A stretch of 64,000 nt of DNA. It comes from Vicugna vicugna (lineage: Eukaryota). The DNA lies in contig MU061579.1 of assembly GCA_013265495.1 (NCBI GenBank), positions 3,097,319-3,161,318 on the forward strand, in the 5' to 3' direction. The number at the start of each line of letters is the position of its first letter. The stretch's first letter is position 1. Of the stretch, positions 1 to 11,659 are shown piece after piece. The translations under genes and the position numbers were made by a program. Under the pieces are notes generated by a model. That model saw only the letters and a list, made by a program, of their open reading frames with translations, did no database searches and was not told where the DNA came from.

Positions 1-543
1 ATTCTGTTCTGGAGCAATGGTAAATCCTATTTGATGGCACCTAGATCTCAAATTTTCTCTAGAATTTTCATACATGATGTGACATCTATGAAAGATTTAC
101 CAAACATTGCAGGGGAAGATAAACCCATGATTGGAAACCAGAAGATGAAAAGCAGACAACAGAGACAGACTCACAAGTGCCTGGAGTCTTCTAAGATATG
201 TACATGGAATTAATACAAGATAAATGAAACTATACATAAAAAAATCAAATTATTGTAATTAAAAATACTTTTTCAGATTAAGGATTTAGTGAATAAGCTT
301 AATAACATATTAATCATAGCTGAATAAATGATTAGCAAACTGGATGATAGATCAGAAAAAAACAAGGACTGAAACATGTTGAAAAATAATTTTAAAAATT
401 CACAATTATCGTAAGTGACATAGTGAAGAAATTTACTTTATGGGAAATTTGAATACTGTGTACCTTGAGCAATGAAGAGAGAGAGAAAAAATAAGGTAGA
501 GAGAAAGAGAGAGAATTAGAAGCAATATTTTAAAAGCTAATGG

Positions 544-1243
544 TGCAGACATTGTGGAAAACAGGATGGAGATTCCTCAAAAGACTGAAAATAGACTTAC
601 CATGTGATCCAGCAGTCTCACTCCTGGGCATATATCTAGAGGGAACCTAAATTCAAAAAAGACACTTGCATCCCAATGTTCATAGCAGCACTGTTTACAA
701 TAGCCAAGACATGGAAACAACCTAAATGTCCATTGACAGATGACTGGCTAAAGAAGTTATGGTGTATTTATACAATGAAATACTACTCAGCCATAAAAAA
801 GAATAAAACAATGCCACTTGCAGCAACATGAATGGCCCTGAAGGATATCATTCTAAGTGAAGTAAGCCAGAAAAAGAAAGAAAAATACCATATGTTATCA
901 CTCATATGTGGACTCTAAAAAAATAGACAAGAGAAATTATTCATAAAATAGAAATGGACTCACAGACATAGAAAACAAACTTATGGTTACCAGAGGGGAA
1001 GAGGGCAGGAAGGAATAAATTGGGAGTTCAAGATTTGCAGATACTGACTGGTATATATAAAATAGATAAACAAGTATATACTATATAGCACAGGGAACTA
1101 TATTTTATATCTTGTAGTAGCTTATAGTGAAAAAGAATATGAAAACAAATATATGTATATTCATGTATGGCTGAAGGACTGTGCTATACACCAGAAATTG
1201 ACACAACATTGTAAACTGACTATACTTCAATTTAAAAAAAAAG
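544..1243 (+). mobile_element. 5'-truncated young LINE-1 (ORF2 C-terminus, 3' UTR, poly-A)
   Basis: L1 motifs GTGGAAAACAGGATGGAG, GCACAGGGAACTATATT, CTATACTTCAAT plus A tail; perfect 14-bp TSD TTAAAAGCTAATGG at 530-543 and 1244-1257. Confidence 0.93.
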
Positions 1244-1834
1244 TTAAAAGCTAATGGGTGAAAATATTGAAATTGATGACATAGATTAAGCCATATGTTT
1301 AAAAAAAACTATAAACCCCAAGTGTGAAAATACACAAAAAACATGTACACTCAGGAAAATAGCAGTAAATTTGCTGAAAATTAAAGACAAAAAGAAAGCT
1401 TTTCAAAAAAAGAAGACAAAATAATAACTATCTATCTTCAACAAATCAGCCATGAGGCTGAAATCTCATTTAATAAACAGACTTAATGAAAAAGACACAT
1501 GAAATGAACTTTTTGCAGTTCTGAGAAAATACCTGCTGAACTAGAATTCTACAACCACAAAAATTTACATAAAATTGAAAGAAAAATAAAAACTTGTTTA
1601 TACACATATTGAAGGAAATTATCATTAATGAACACTGTAAATAATAATAAAATGAGTTTTTCAAGAAGAATGATTATAATGATCTTGGGTCAAACTACAG
1701 AAATGCAGGAAGAAATAAAGAGCAATACAGAGTGGTAAAAAATAAATCTAAGTAAATATTGATGCAATAATAGCAACTTACAGAGTTTATATCTACAATT
1801 TAAAGTGATGAGAACAACATAATGGTTTTATGTT

Positions 1835-1976
1835 CTTTGCATCACCTTGAACGTTGTTAAAAGACTAATTAAAAATACAGATGAGAAAAGGAGTTAATAT
1901 CCAAAATATATAAAGGGCTCATACAATAGCCCTTTGCATCACCTTGAACGTTGTTAAAAGACTAATTAAAAATACA
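1835..1976. repeat. Perfect 45-bp direct duplication enclosing a 52-bp insert
   Basis: CTTTGCATCACCTTGAACGTTGTTAAAAGACTAATTAAAAATACA at 1835-1879 and 1932-1976. Confidence 0.95.
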
Positions 1977-3323
1977 CTTGAGTTTCGAAGAATCTTGTAT
2001 GTTTTAGGGTAGCTGCAAGTAGGATAATATATTTTAAAAGTATATGTATTAAATTAATAGAATAAAACTAATAGAGTAAAAACTAAAAGAGTGAAAAATG
2101 GGATTATAAATAATGTAATTTAATCCACAAAAGGTAAGAAATGAGAGAAACCAGAGACTTAAACAAGGTTGACAATTTTTAATTGTATTGTATAAACTAA
2201 ACCAGATTCTTCAATTGAATGCACATTATAGATACAAATATGAAAGGCAAAACAATAGATTTTTCAAAAGAATACATAGGGAATAACTTCATGAACTTGG
2301 GTGTAGAAAATACTTCCTAAGTCACTTGGGACATTAACCATAAACTGAGAGATTGATTAATTGGTCTCCAATAAAATTAGAGACTTCTGTTTATTAGAAG
2401 ACACACTTAAGACAGTGAAAAGTGAACCACAAAGTAGGAGACGATATTTGCATTAAATATAACCAAAGATACTACAAATCAATTTTGAAATAGAAAGCCA
2501 GTTCAATTAACAATAGATACAAAAGACTTAGGCACATCACAAGAGGAGTGCTATGGCCAGATTATGAAATATAAAATATCTAGTGGAGATATGTTTTCCT
2601 ATGTGTGCCAAAAATATTATTTTGCTTGACTACATTTTGATATTCCATAGGATGATCATTTACATATTTGATGGTAGTTAAGATAATTTGTCAGGGTATG
2701 CATAGCATCCTTTAAAGTCGGGAGAGGAATATTGATTTTCCTTTTTTCTCTTTTAGCCCTAAAAATGGTACCAGGAGTATTTCATTCACATCTTTGGGGG
2801 GTCTCAAACATTTGCAACTTGTGCTAATGGCATGGTTAAGTTTCTCTGATTTAAAGAGAGGTCATATAGAAAGATAGACATTCTTCATTCTTGAAAGGAC
2901 TGTCCCAACCATCTCTCCCTGAAAACAAGGATAATTTGGACTTGCCAATGCTTTTAGTTCCTTTGAAATATCTCAGTGTTGCTCAACTACAGCAAAAGTG
3001 AAAATGCTAGGCATTCTACCAGGGCTCCTGCATTACTGTGGCAGTTTTCTCTTGCTTAGACATTTGGCCGCATCTGCTTTATCTGTGAAGTATCTTAAGT
3101 GAGCCTTCCCAGTGGCACAAGATGGTGACTAGGACAACCTTTAGAGTAGGTTTTGGTGCGGATAAGTGCATATCTCTTTAAAAATCTGCATTTTTTTACA
3201 TTTGTGTACCCCTCAGCTGAGGCTGGCATACTTCATAATATAATTGAATTTTATTTTAAATGTATTAAAAATTAAATTTGATTCATTATAGTGTTTTTGA
3301 TGTATTAATTTCAAACTATTTTT

Positions 3324-3444
3324 TTTGGTGGGGGGAGGTAATTATGTTACTTATTTATTTATTCTTTGAGGAAGTACTGGGGATTGAGCCCAGAATCTTC
3401 ATGCATGCTAATGCACTGTATCACTTGAGCTATATTCTCCCCCC
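3324..3444 (-). mobile_element. tRNA-derived SINE, camelid Vic-1-like
   Basis: Minus strand has A-box-like TAGCTCAAGTG and B-box-like GGCTCAATCCC, then AATAAATAAATAA and CCTCCCCCC plus A tail; 17-bp TSD AATTTCAAACTATTTTT at 3307-3323 and 3445-3461. Confidence 0.88.
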
Positions 3445-4039
3445 AATTTCAAACTATTTTTAAATGGAATTATAGCAGAATTAAATTTAAATAAAGGTGT
3501 TTTATATATTTTATATTAATACTTAAAAAATAAAACCATCGAAGAAATATTCACTGAGCCATGAGTAGTATCTGCTATATTAAATGCACATATACATATT
3601 TCAAAAAATAACTAAATTATGTCCTACTAATGCTCGTAAAGGGAAAAGCAATTAGCAAGTTAACTATTGAATTGCTATCAGACTTCTCTAAGGCTAAGGA
3701 ATTTGCTAGCTAAACAAAGAATGCTCTAGCATTTTACAAGTCTGAATTTATTACCAGTGAACGCAGCTAAGAAAACACATTTTTATCTTTTGACATTTAA
3801 TCAAGCCAGAAGTTTTTATTTATACAAACCATTACATACATTGGGAAAGTTCTTCTTCTCTCACAGGGAAATTAACCACGTATGGTCTTTAGGAATAACA
3901 TAATTAGGCAGGCATACAGGTATTCCAGATATGTGAAATGAAAGGGAAAGAAGAAAGAGGGAAAATGTCCCAGTATAATGGAATATTTACTATGTGGCCC
4001 TGACTGAGTTAGGTATGTATGCATTTTTTAAGACAATAT

Positions 4040-5336
4040 TTAAACATTAAGACCTGAAACTAAAACTCCTAGAAGGAAACTTAGGAAAAAAGCTCCTTGA
4101 CATAGATCTTGGCAACAAATTTTTGTTTGTTTTTAGTGACATCTAAAGGACAAGCAAAAGACAAAAATCAACAAGAGGGACTACATCAATCTAAGAAACT
4201 TCTGCACAATAAAAGATACCATTAACAAAATGAAAAGGCAACCTATAGAATTGGAGAAAATATTTGCAAACCATATATCTATCTGATAAGGAGTTAATAT
4301 CCAAAATATATAAAGGGCTCATACAATAGCAAAAAAAAAAAAAAACCCAAAAAAAAAAAAAAAACCCAAAAAACAAAAGAAAACAATTATACTACAAAAT
4401 TGGCAGAGAAACTGAATAGACATTTCTCCACAGAAGACATACAACTGGCTAACAAGTATAGGAGAAAATGCTCAACATCACAAATCATCAGAGAAATGCA
4501 AATCAAAATCACTATATTTCACATCTTTTAGAGTGGCTATCATCAAGAAGACAAGAGGTAACAGTGTTGGTGAGAATGTAAAAACCTTGTGTCCTATGGG
4601 TGGGAATATAAATTGGGGCAGCTGCTATGGAAAGCAGTATAAAGGTTCCTCAAAAAAATAAAAGTAGAACTGCCATGTGATCCAACAATCCCACTTCTGA
4701 GTATATATCCAGAGGAAGTAAAAATGAGATAGCAAAAAGATATCTGCATTCTTCTACTCATTGCATCATCATCAGTCAGAATAACGAAGATGGGGGAACA
4801 GCACAAGTGTCTGTTAATGGATGAATGGAAAAGAAGCTGTGGTATGTGTAAACAATGGAACATTATTCAGCCATGAGAAGGGGGAAATCCTGTCATTTGC
4901 AATAACATACATGTTGAAGGCATTATGCTAAGTGAGAGAAGTCCAACGGAAAAAGATAAATATTGTATGATACCACTTGTATGTGGAATCTAAAAAAGTT
5001 GAACTCATAGAAATACAGAATAGAGTTTACCAGCACTGAAGGGTAAGGGAATGGGGAAGACCTTGGTCAAAGTGCACACTATTGCTACTAGCAGATGACT
5101 AAGTTCTGGGGACTAAAGCACAGCATTGTGATTGCAGTCAACAATAATCAGTATAAAGTTGCTAAGAGACAAGAGCTTATGTTTTCTCACCACAAAATGA
5201 AATGATAATTATATAATGTGATGGTGGTGTTAATGAATGCTATGGTGGTAATCATTTTGCAATACTTAAATGTATCAAATCAATAGGGTGTATGCTGTAA
5301 ACTTTCAAAATTATATGTCAATTATATCTCAGTAAA
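4040..5336 (+). mobile_element. 5'-truncated LINE-1 (L1MA9-like) ORF2 3' part and 3' UTR
   Basis: AGACCTGAAACTAAAACTCCTAGAAGG, AATGCTCAACATCACAAATCATCAGAGAAATGCAAATCAAA, 3' end TGTCAATTATATCTCAGTAAAA; probable TSD AATATT(T/A)AAACAT at 4035-4047 and 5337-5349; internal A-rich expansion at 4331-4385. Confidence 0.88.
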
Positions 5337-5389
5337 AATATTAAAACATCATGAAGTATTTGTCAGTTTCCTAAGGAGCCAAAAAATCA

Positions 5390-5460
5390 GAAATCTTTTG
5401 TAGCTTGCTCAAAGTTACACAGCTAATATGTAGGACACTGGATTTTAACTTCAAAACCTA
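5390..5460 (-). mobile_element. MIR fragment
   Basis: GCTTGCTCAAAGTTACACAGCTAATATG...GGATTTTAACT resembles the MIR core. Confidence 0.5.
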
Positions 5461-6081
5461 TTAATTTTTTTTATTGCATCTTTTAAACTATCTTCTGTTC
5501 ATCTGTGTATTGACAAATAGAACATGGTTATGCATTATCCTAATGGTGGAATATGTTGTTGAATTATTTTTCTTTTAAACTGGTAGCATTTAAATTGAAA
5601 GTTATTAATCTTTATTATTTCAAAAATATTTCTCATTGATTAATATTGCTCATTTCAATGGATTCATTAAAAATTAGTTTAATTCAGTGTCAACAAATAT
5701 TAATTGAGTTTGTTTACAAAATTTTATTAGTAATCTCTAAATAAAAGCTGTTCATTTTTCAAAATGATCCAGTTTTTATATAAAGTGGTTCTTTTAAAGA
5801 GATATTTTATAAGGCTAAGAGGACATTCCTATTTTATGCTCTATTTGTTGCATAGCACAGCATGTAAATGAGCAGTTAATCATTCACACAAGTGGACAAT
5901 ATTATTTTGACAAATAAACTGATGCACCTACTGTGCACAGAATATTTTACAAAGCCATTTGTGTCTCCAAAAGCAAAACAATTAATTCTGCCCTCAGCAC
6001 AGCTTATGAGAGAATATCTACAAACGTATCCATTCATGATGATATACAGTGGAAATGTTTGCATTAAAAAATAAGCTTATG

Positions 6082-7108
6082 TCTATTATCTGTGTCTGTG
6101 AGCCTGTTTCTTTGTGAATAAGTTCATTTGTATCATTTTTTAGATTCCACATATAAGTAGTATTATGTTGTCTTTGTCTGACTTACTTCACTTAGTATGA
6201 TAATCTCTAAGTCCATCCACGTTGCTACAAATGGCATCATTTCATTCTTTTTATGGCTGAGAAATATTCCATTCTATATGTATACACTACATCTTCTTTA
6301 TCCAACCACCCATCGATGGACATTTAGGTTGCTTCCATGTCTTGACTATTCTAAATAGTGCTTCTGTGAACATTGGGGTGTAGGTATCTTTTCAAATTAC
6401 AGTCCCCTCTGGATATATGCCCAGGAGTGGGATTGATAGATTATATGGTAAATCTACTTTTAGTTTTTTAAGGAATCTCCCTACTGTTTTCCATAGTGGC
6501 TGCACGAAACTATGTTCCCACCAACGGGGTAAGAGGGTTTCTTTTTCTTCATACCCTCTCCAGTATTTATCATTTGTAGACTTTTTAACAACAGCCATTC
6601 TGACTGGTGTGAGGTCATTGTAGTTCTGATTTGCATTTCTCTGATAATTAGCAAGATTGATCATTTATTTATATGCTGAAATGTCTATTTAGGTCTTCAT
6701 TGGAGAAATGTCTGTTTAGGTCTTCTGACCATTTTTTGATTTTTTTTTTCAAGTTGTATGAGCTATTTGTATACTCTGGAATTTAGTCTTTTTTCAGTCA
6801 CATCATTTGCAAATATTTTCTCCTAGTCCGTAACTTGTCTCTTGGCAGAAAAGTTGGGGAGAGATAAATTAGGAGTAGATTAGTAGACACAGACAACTAT
6901 ATATGAAATAAATAAACAGTAAGGTCCTACTGTATAGCACAGGGAACTATATTTGATATCTTACAATAACCTATAATGAAAAAGAATATGAAAAATGATA
7001 TGTATGTATATAACTAAATCACTTTGATATATACCAGAAACTAAACAACATTGTAACTCAACTATACTTCAATAAAAAAAAGTTATCAAAAAAGATTCTG
7101 TTGAATTA
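6082..7108. mobile_element. 5'-inverted (twin-primed) LINE-1: 6082-~6840 minus, ~6841-7108 plus
   Basis: Minus part encodes L1 ORF2 C-terminus (ORF 6392-6664, VQPLWKTV...LPY...IPLLGIYP); plus part is 3' UTR plus poly-A; TSD AAAAAATAAGC(T/A)TATG at 6066-6081 and 7109-7124. Confidence 0.9.
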
Positions 7109-8952
7109 AAAAAATAAGCATATGAAGCATGATGACATGTTAGGAGAGATAAGTACAATTATCATGGAGGAAATAATGTTTAGCTGGTAAAAGCATGGGT
7201 AGAATTTCATCATGAAAACTTGTATCAAAGGGTAAGGATGAGGAAATCATATATGTTAGAGATAAACATTCAGGTTCTGTATAAATATTGTAATGAATTC
7301 AGCATGGCTGTACTAAAGATGAAAAGTGAAAAATCGGATAGAAAACATACAAAACCAAATCAAAGTGGACTGTTACACATAAACATCTCTCTCAAACATT
7401 TTAGCTGAATATAGGAAGTATAATTCTCTTATGACTTGACGGAAATATTCATTTGAATCTCTTATTATAACTTTCTAAAATTATAGTTTTCTTTCAATCT
7501 CTGAAGAAACATTTATGGAAACATTTTTAAACAGAGCAAGGCAATAGAATTCTTTAGTGAGATCTTTTAGAATATTCTATGTTCAACACATAACTTATCA
7601 AATGGCCTCTATAATAAGCCAACTTACCTCTGGTTTGTCGGTGTAAGTTGTGATTATGATTCACTGAGCCTTATTTTAACTTGAAGTTGGGCCATATCCA
7701 TACTGTGGATCTTTCTAATAGAAAGTTTGAAACATAAATATTGACACACTCTTTAGACATCCAAATTTGTCTATAGCATGGCTAAAGGACTTGCTGGAAA
7801 CTATAGTAAGGTGCAAATCATGAGCTCCAATCAGCTTTGCGTTGTGCTTATTTTAAATCTGCACAGCTAGGTAATTTGCAGATTGTTCTGTTAAACTCAC
7901 AACTTGAAACAATGGTTTTAATTTGTATGTGTTGAATAAAGGCTTCCCAAAGAAATTATTTCAAATGTTCTTATTTCCGGTGATAGAGTTAAGGTAAAAA
8001 TAATTAACAAACATAATCAATTAGGTTTAGTTATCCTGATCTTTATTAAATAACCAGAAGAATATTAAACTTATCTTAAAAATGAGATAATATTTTTGGT
8101 TTTATAAGGCTAATGTATTTGGAAAAATGGCTGATTTAAGAACAGATGAAAGGGAATGTGACATCAGGTTCATTCAATCTGAACTTAATTGGCATTAAAA
8201 AAATACTACAAAATGTGCTAAAAGATTGTTGCAACAGAATTACTGAACCATTTTTAACAGGAATAAAATGGTGATATAAGTTCAGAAAACTTAAGTTGAA
8301 AATGGAATATACAGATTAAAAATATTTATATATTAAAGATACCACCTTTATTCTTGATAGCTACTTTTATTCTTATCTCCAAGTCATACCAGAATATGAA
8401 GACAACTTCAGGAAAATGACAGGATCTAGAAAGTATGATTATATAAAGCTAAACTTATTTACTTACTGATCATTGACTCTTAGAAATGAATGAAAACAGG
8501 AAATTACTTTCTATATAGTACAAATTAAGTAACTATTCTGTCTGGGGTGGTATCATCTGCCCCATCCTCATTCTGCTTCTGGGAGGAAGTGTGGGAAGGG
8601 AGTCAGGAGGTTTCTAGGCTGTCTAGAGTCATGAAGTTAATTCTATGAAGTTAATCTAATTTCCTTGCTTGTTGCTCCTAATGAATTTTTGTTTATGTTG
8701 GTTCTTTTAGTGGTTTAATTGTGCTGTATCCCATATTGCCTCTGGCTTTTTTTCATGTTGCCTCTTATTCCCAGAACTCCCTCCCTTGTTTCTCTCTTTT
8801 TATTAGATGCTATTTATTTTTGAGGTCCCAACTCTAGTCTCGCATATTCTGTGGTATTTTGACTGTCCGGTAATAATTCTGTTTTGAAAGAATCTTAATT
8901 TCTATTTCTCACCATCCTGCTGTTCCATGAGCCAGCCACATATCCTTAAAGT

Positions 8953-9245
8953 CTTTTACGGAGATGTAATTGACATGTAATACTGTATTAGTTTTAGAAG
9001 TACAACATAATGATTTGATATAGGTATATATTACAAAATGATTACCACAATAAATTAACATCCATCACCACACATAGTTACACATTTTGTTTTCTCGTAG
9101 TGACAATTTTTAAGATCTACTCTTAGCAACCTTCAAATATATGATGACATATATTTATGTTAGTATTGTTAACTATAGTCACCATGATGTACATTGTATC
9201 TCCAGGATATATTTATCCTATAACTGGAAGTTTGTACCTTTTGAT
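8953..9245 (-). mobile_element. LINE-1 3' UTR fragment (L1MA-like)
   Basis: GAGATGTAATTGACATG...TAAGATCTACTCTTAGCAAC...TTAACTATAGTCACCATG...CTGGAAGTTTGTACCTTTTGA. Confidence 0.8.
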
Positions 9246-9699
9246 GTCTTCAATATTAATAACGACTAACTTTTAAATAGATACTACTTTATTCTCTTTC
9301 TCTGTGTGTGTAGTTATGTGTGTATCTTTCATTTTTATGTTCATAATTTATATTCAACTTATATTCAAATATGAAGCCATAGGGCAATGCCAAAGCATCT
9401 TGAGAAAATCCCAGGGTCTAGGTTGGCTGTTTAATAGGAGAAATTCTGGTTCCCATATTTAACATTTCACTTTGGCCTGATACTTATTTCTTGTTTGAAG
9501 AAAGATCTTTGTAATCTAAAAACTTCTTGTGTATCATATTTATTGTGACCCACAAATATTTAAGGAAGCTGATGATTAGCTGCAAACCCTTTAAAGACAA
9601 GAGTCATGTCCAGGCATTGCTTTCATTGTTTATTGACCACATTGTAACTGTAGGATATTGGAGACAAAAAGAGCATTGTTAACACTGTAGATAGAATAC

Positions 9700-9875
9700 A
9701 ATTCAGGAGATATAATTTGAACTTTAGATTCAGGCAAGACATGATTTCAGAGCCAGCTTCTTACTTACTGTCTGTGTGAATATAAGATGAATATTAAAAT
9801 ATCTAAACCTCAGTTTCCTATAAAGAGAAATTAAGGCATTATTTCTATGTCATATATTATTGCAAAGGTTCAATT
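9700..9875 (+). mobile_element. MIR
   Basis: ACTTTAGATTCAGGCAAGAC...CAGCTTCTTACTTACTG...CTAAACCTCAGTTTCCT. Confidence 0.65.
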
Positions 9876-10524
9876 TTATAAGTAAAACATAAACTTCCAA
9901 ATTTATTAAAAGCAGTGTAAATTTTCTGTCCTCTGCACTGCATTTTCTTCATCTTTGGACTTAAGAAAATATTGGAAAATGTAAAATAAGAGAAGGAAAG
10001 ACAATGGGGAAAAGTGACCGATATTTTGTAGATGCTGTTACTAAACAGCCAAGACAAATAAAGTTAAGTTTTTTTCAGGAGCCTCTGCTCCAGATATGAT
10101 TGTTAAACAAAGTAGTGGAAATTTCAAGTGGGAATTGTCCAACAGTTAATAAAAACAACAAAAGATTAGATAAGAATTTATATTGTATTAATTAAGTTTA
10201 GTATAAACAATGAAAGTGGTAAATTATAGGTATCTCTGATTAAAATTTAACAAGCGGAAGAAAAGGTAAATTAAAAGTGTCAGCCAGTTTGACTAAGACC
10301 AAAAAGTGTCATTCAGAGCATTACAAAAGAAATGATAATTATGATAAAATGATGAAATAAGCAGGATATTTCTAGTATTAAGAAATGTCTTATGTCCCCT
10401 GAATGTAATGTTGGTGTGTGCTGATTAATGAAATGATTTCGTTAATGTAGATTTTATGGTCAAAAAAAGTACTATTCTTCTAATTTTAGGACTAGTTTAA
10501 ATTTTTTTTTATTTTCTTTATATT

Positions 10525-11450
10525 TATGCTTTTTGTTAACAGACTCTTTTTTTTAGAGGATCTTACATTTACAGAAAAATTGAGCAGAACATCCAGAAAG
10601 TTCATATCTCTCCTCCACCACCCTCATTTTCCCCTATTAATATCTTCTATTGGTATGGTTCATTGGTTATAATTGAATTAATATTGATACATTATTATTA
10701 GCTAAAGTCCATGGTTTACATGGGGTTCACTTTTTGTATCGTAGAATTCTATAGGTTTTGCCAAATGCATCAAGTAATGTATCCACTATTACCACATCGT
10801 ACAAAACAGTATCTAAAAGTCCTCTGCACCATGCCAGTTCATCCTTCTCCTCTCTCCTCTCAAACCCTGGCAAACACTGATATTTTCCCTACCTTTATAA
10901 TTTTGTCTTTTCCAGAATATCACGTAGTTGGAATCATGCTGAGTGTAGCCTTTTCATACTTGCTTTTTTCACTTGGCAATATGAATTCAAGTTTTACCCC
11001 ATGTTCTTTTGCTAGCTCATTTATTTTTATTGCTGAATAATATCCCATTATATGTGTGTGCCACAGTTTGTTTATCCATTCAATAACTGCAGGACATCTT
11101 GTTTCCTTCTCTGAATTTTTGGCAGTTGTGAATAAAAAGTCACCATAAACATTCATATGTAGGGCTTGTCTTTGTGTGAGTGTGTGTGTCTGTGTGTGTG
11201 GTATAAGGTGTCAATTAATTTGTATAAATACCTCATACTACAATTGCTGGAATAGATGGTAAGATTATCTTTAGCTTTGTAAGAAATAGTTAAATTGCCT
11301 CCCAAAGTGGCTGTACCATTTTATATTTCCACCAGAAATGAATGAGTGCCTGTTGCTCCACATCCTTGTCAGCATGTGATGTTGTTAGTGTTTGTGGTTT
11401 TTTTATTTTAGCCATTCCAATAGGTGTATATTGGTATCCCACTGTTGTTT
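10525..11450 (-). mobile_element. LINE-1 3' end (L1MC/L1MD-like)
   Basis: TTTACAGAAAAATTGAGCAGA, GATACATTATTATTAGCTAAAGTCCAT, CAAAGTGGCTGTACCATTTT; ORF-track peptides RCPAVIEWINKLW and YQYTPIGMAKI...VQPLW are L1 ORF2 remnants. Confidence 0.85.
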
Positions 11451-11659
11451 TTCTCTCCATAGGTTTTTCCATAGTCTCACTGAAATGCTATTTTTCAGGA
11501 TTTTGTCTTACTCTATTTCTGGATAAGATTCATTGTTTCCTCAGAACTTTTTTTCTTTACTCTTTTATTTCACACTTTTTTTCATATACAATTTAAGAAA
11601 TATAGCATGACTTGTAACTCTAAAGCTTTCTGTATACCTTTGCCAAAGCATATTTTCTT

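Larger units (their letters stand above)
100..2550 (+). mobile_element. Ancient, highly decayed LINE-1 (L1M/L1ME-like) ORF1 and ORF2 fragments, interrupted by a younger L1
   Basis: ORF1-like tracts (GATTAGCAAACTGGATGATAGATCAGAAAAA; CTAGAATTCTACAACCACAAAAATT) and ORF2-like tract (GAATAACTTCATGAACTTGGGTGTAG...AGACTTCTGTTTATTAGAAGACAC); no open frame; boundaries approximate. Confidence 0.6.

Noticed and set aside
3324..3444. tRNA gene
   Set aside because: The A/B boxes belong to a SINE with tail and TSD; there is no cloverleaf.
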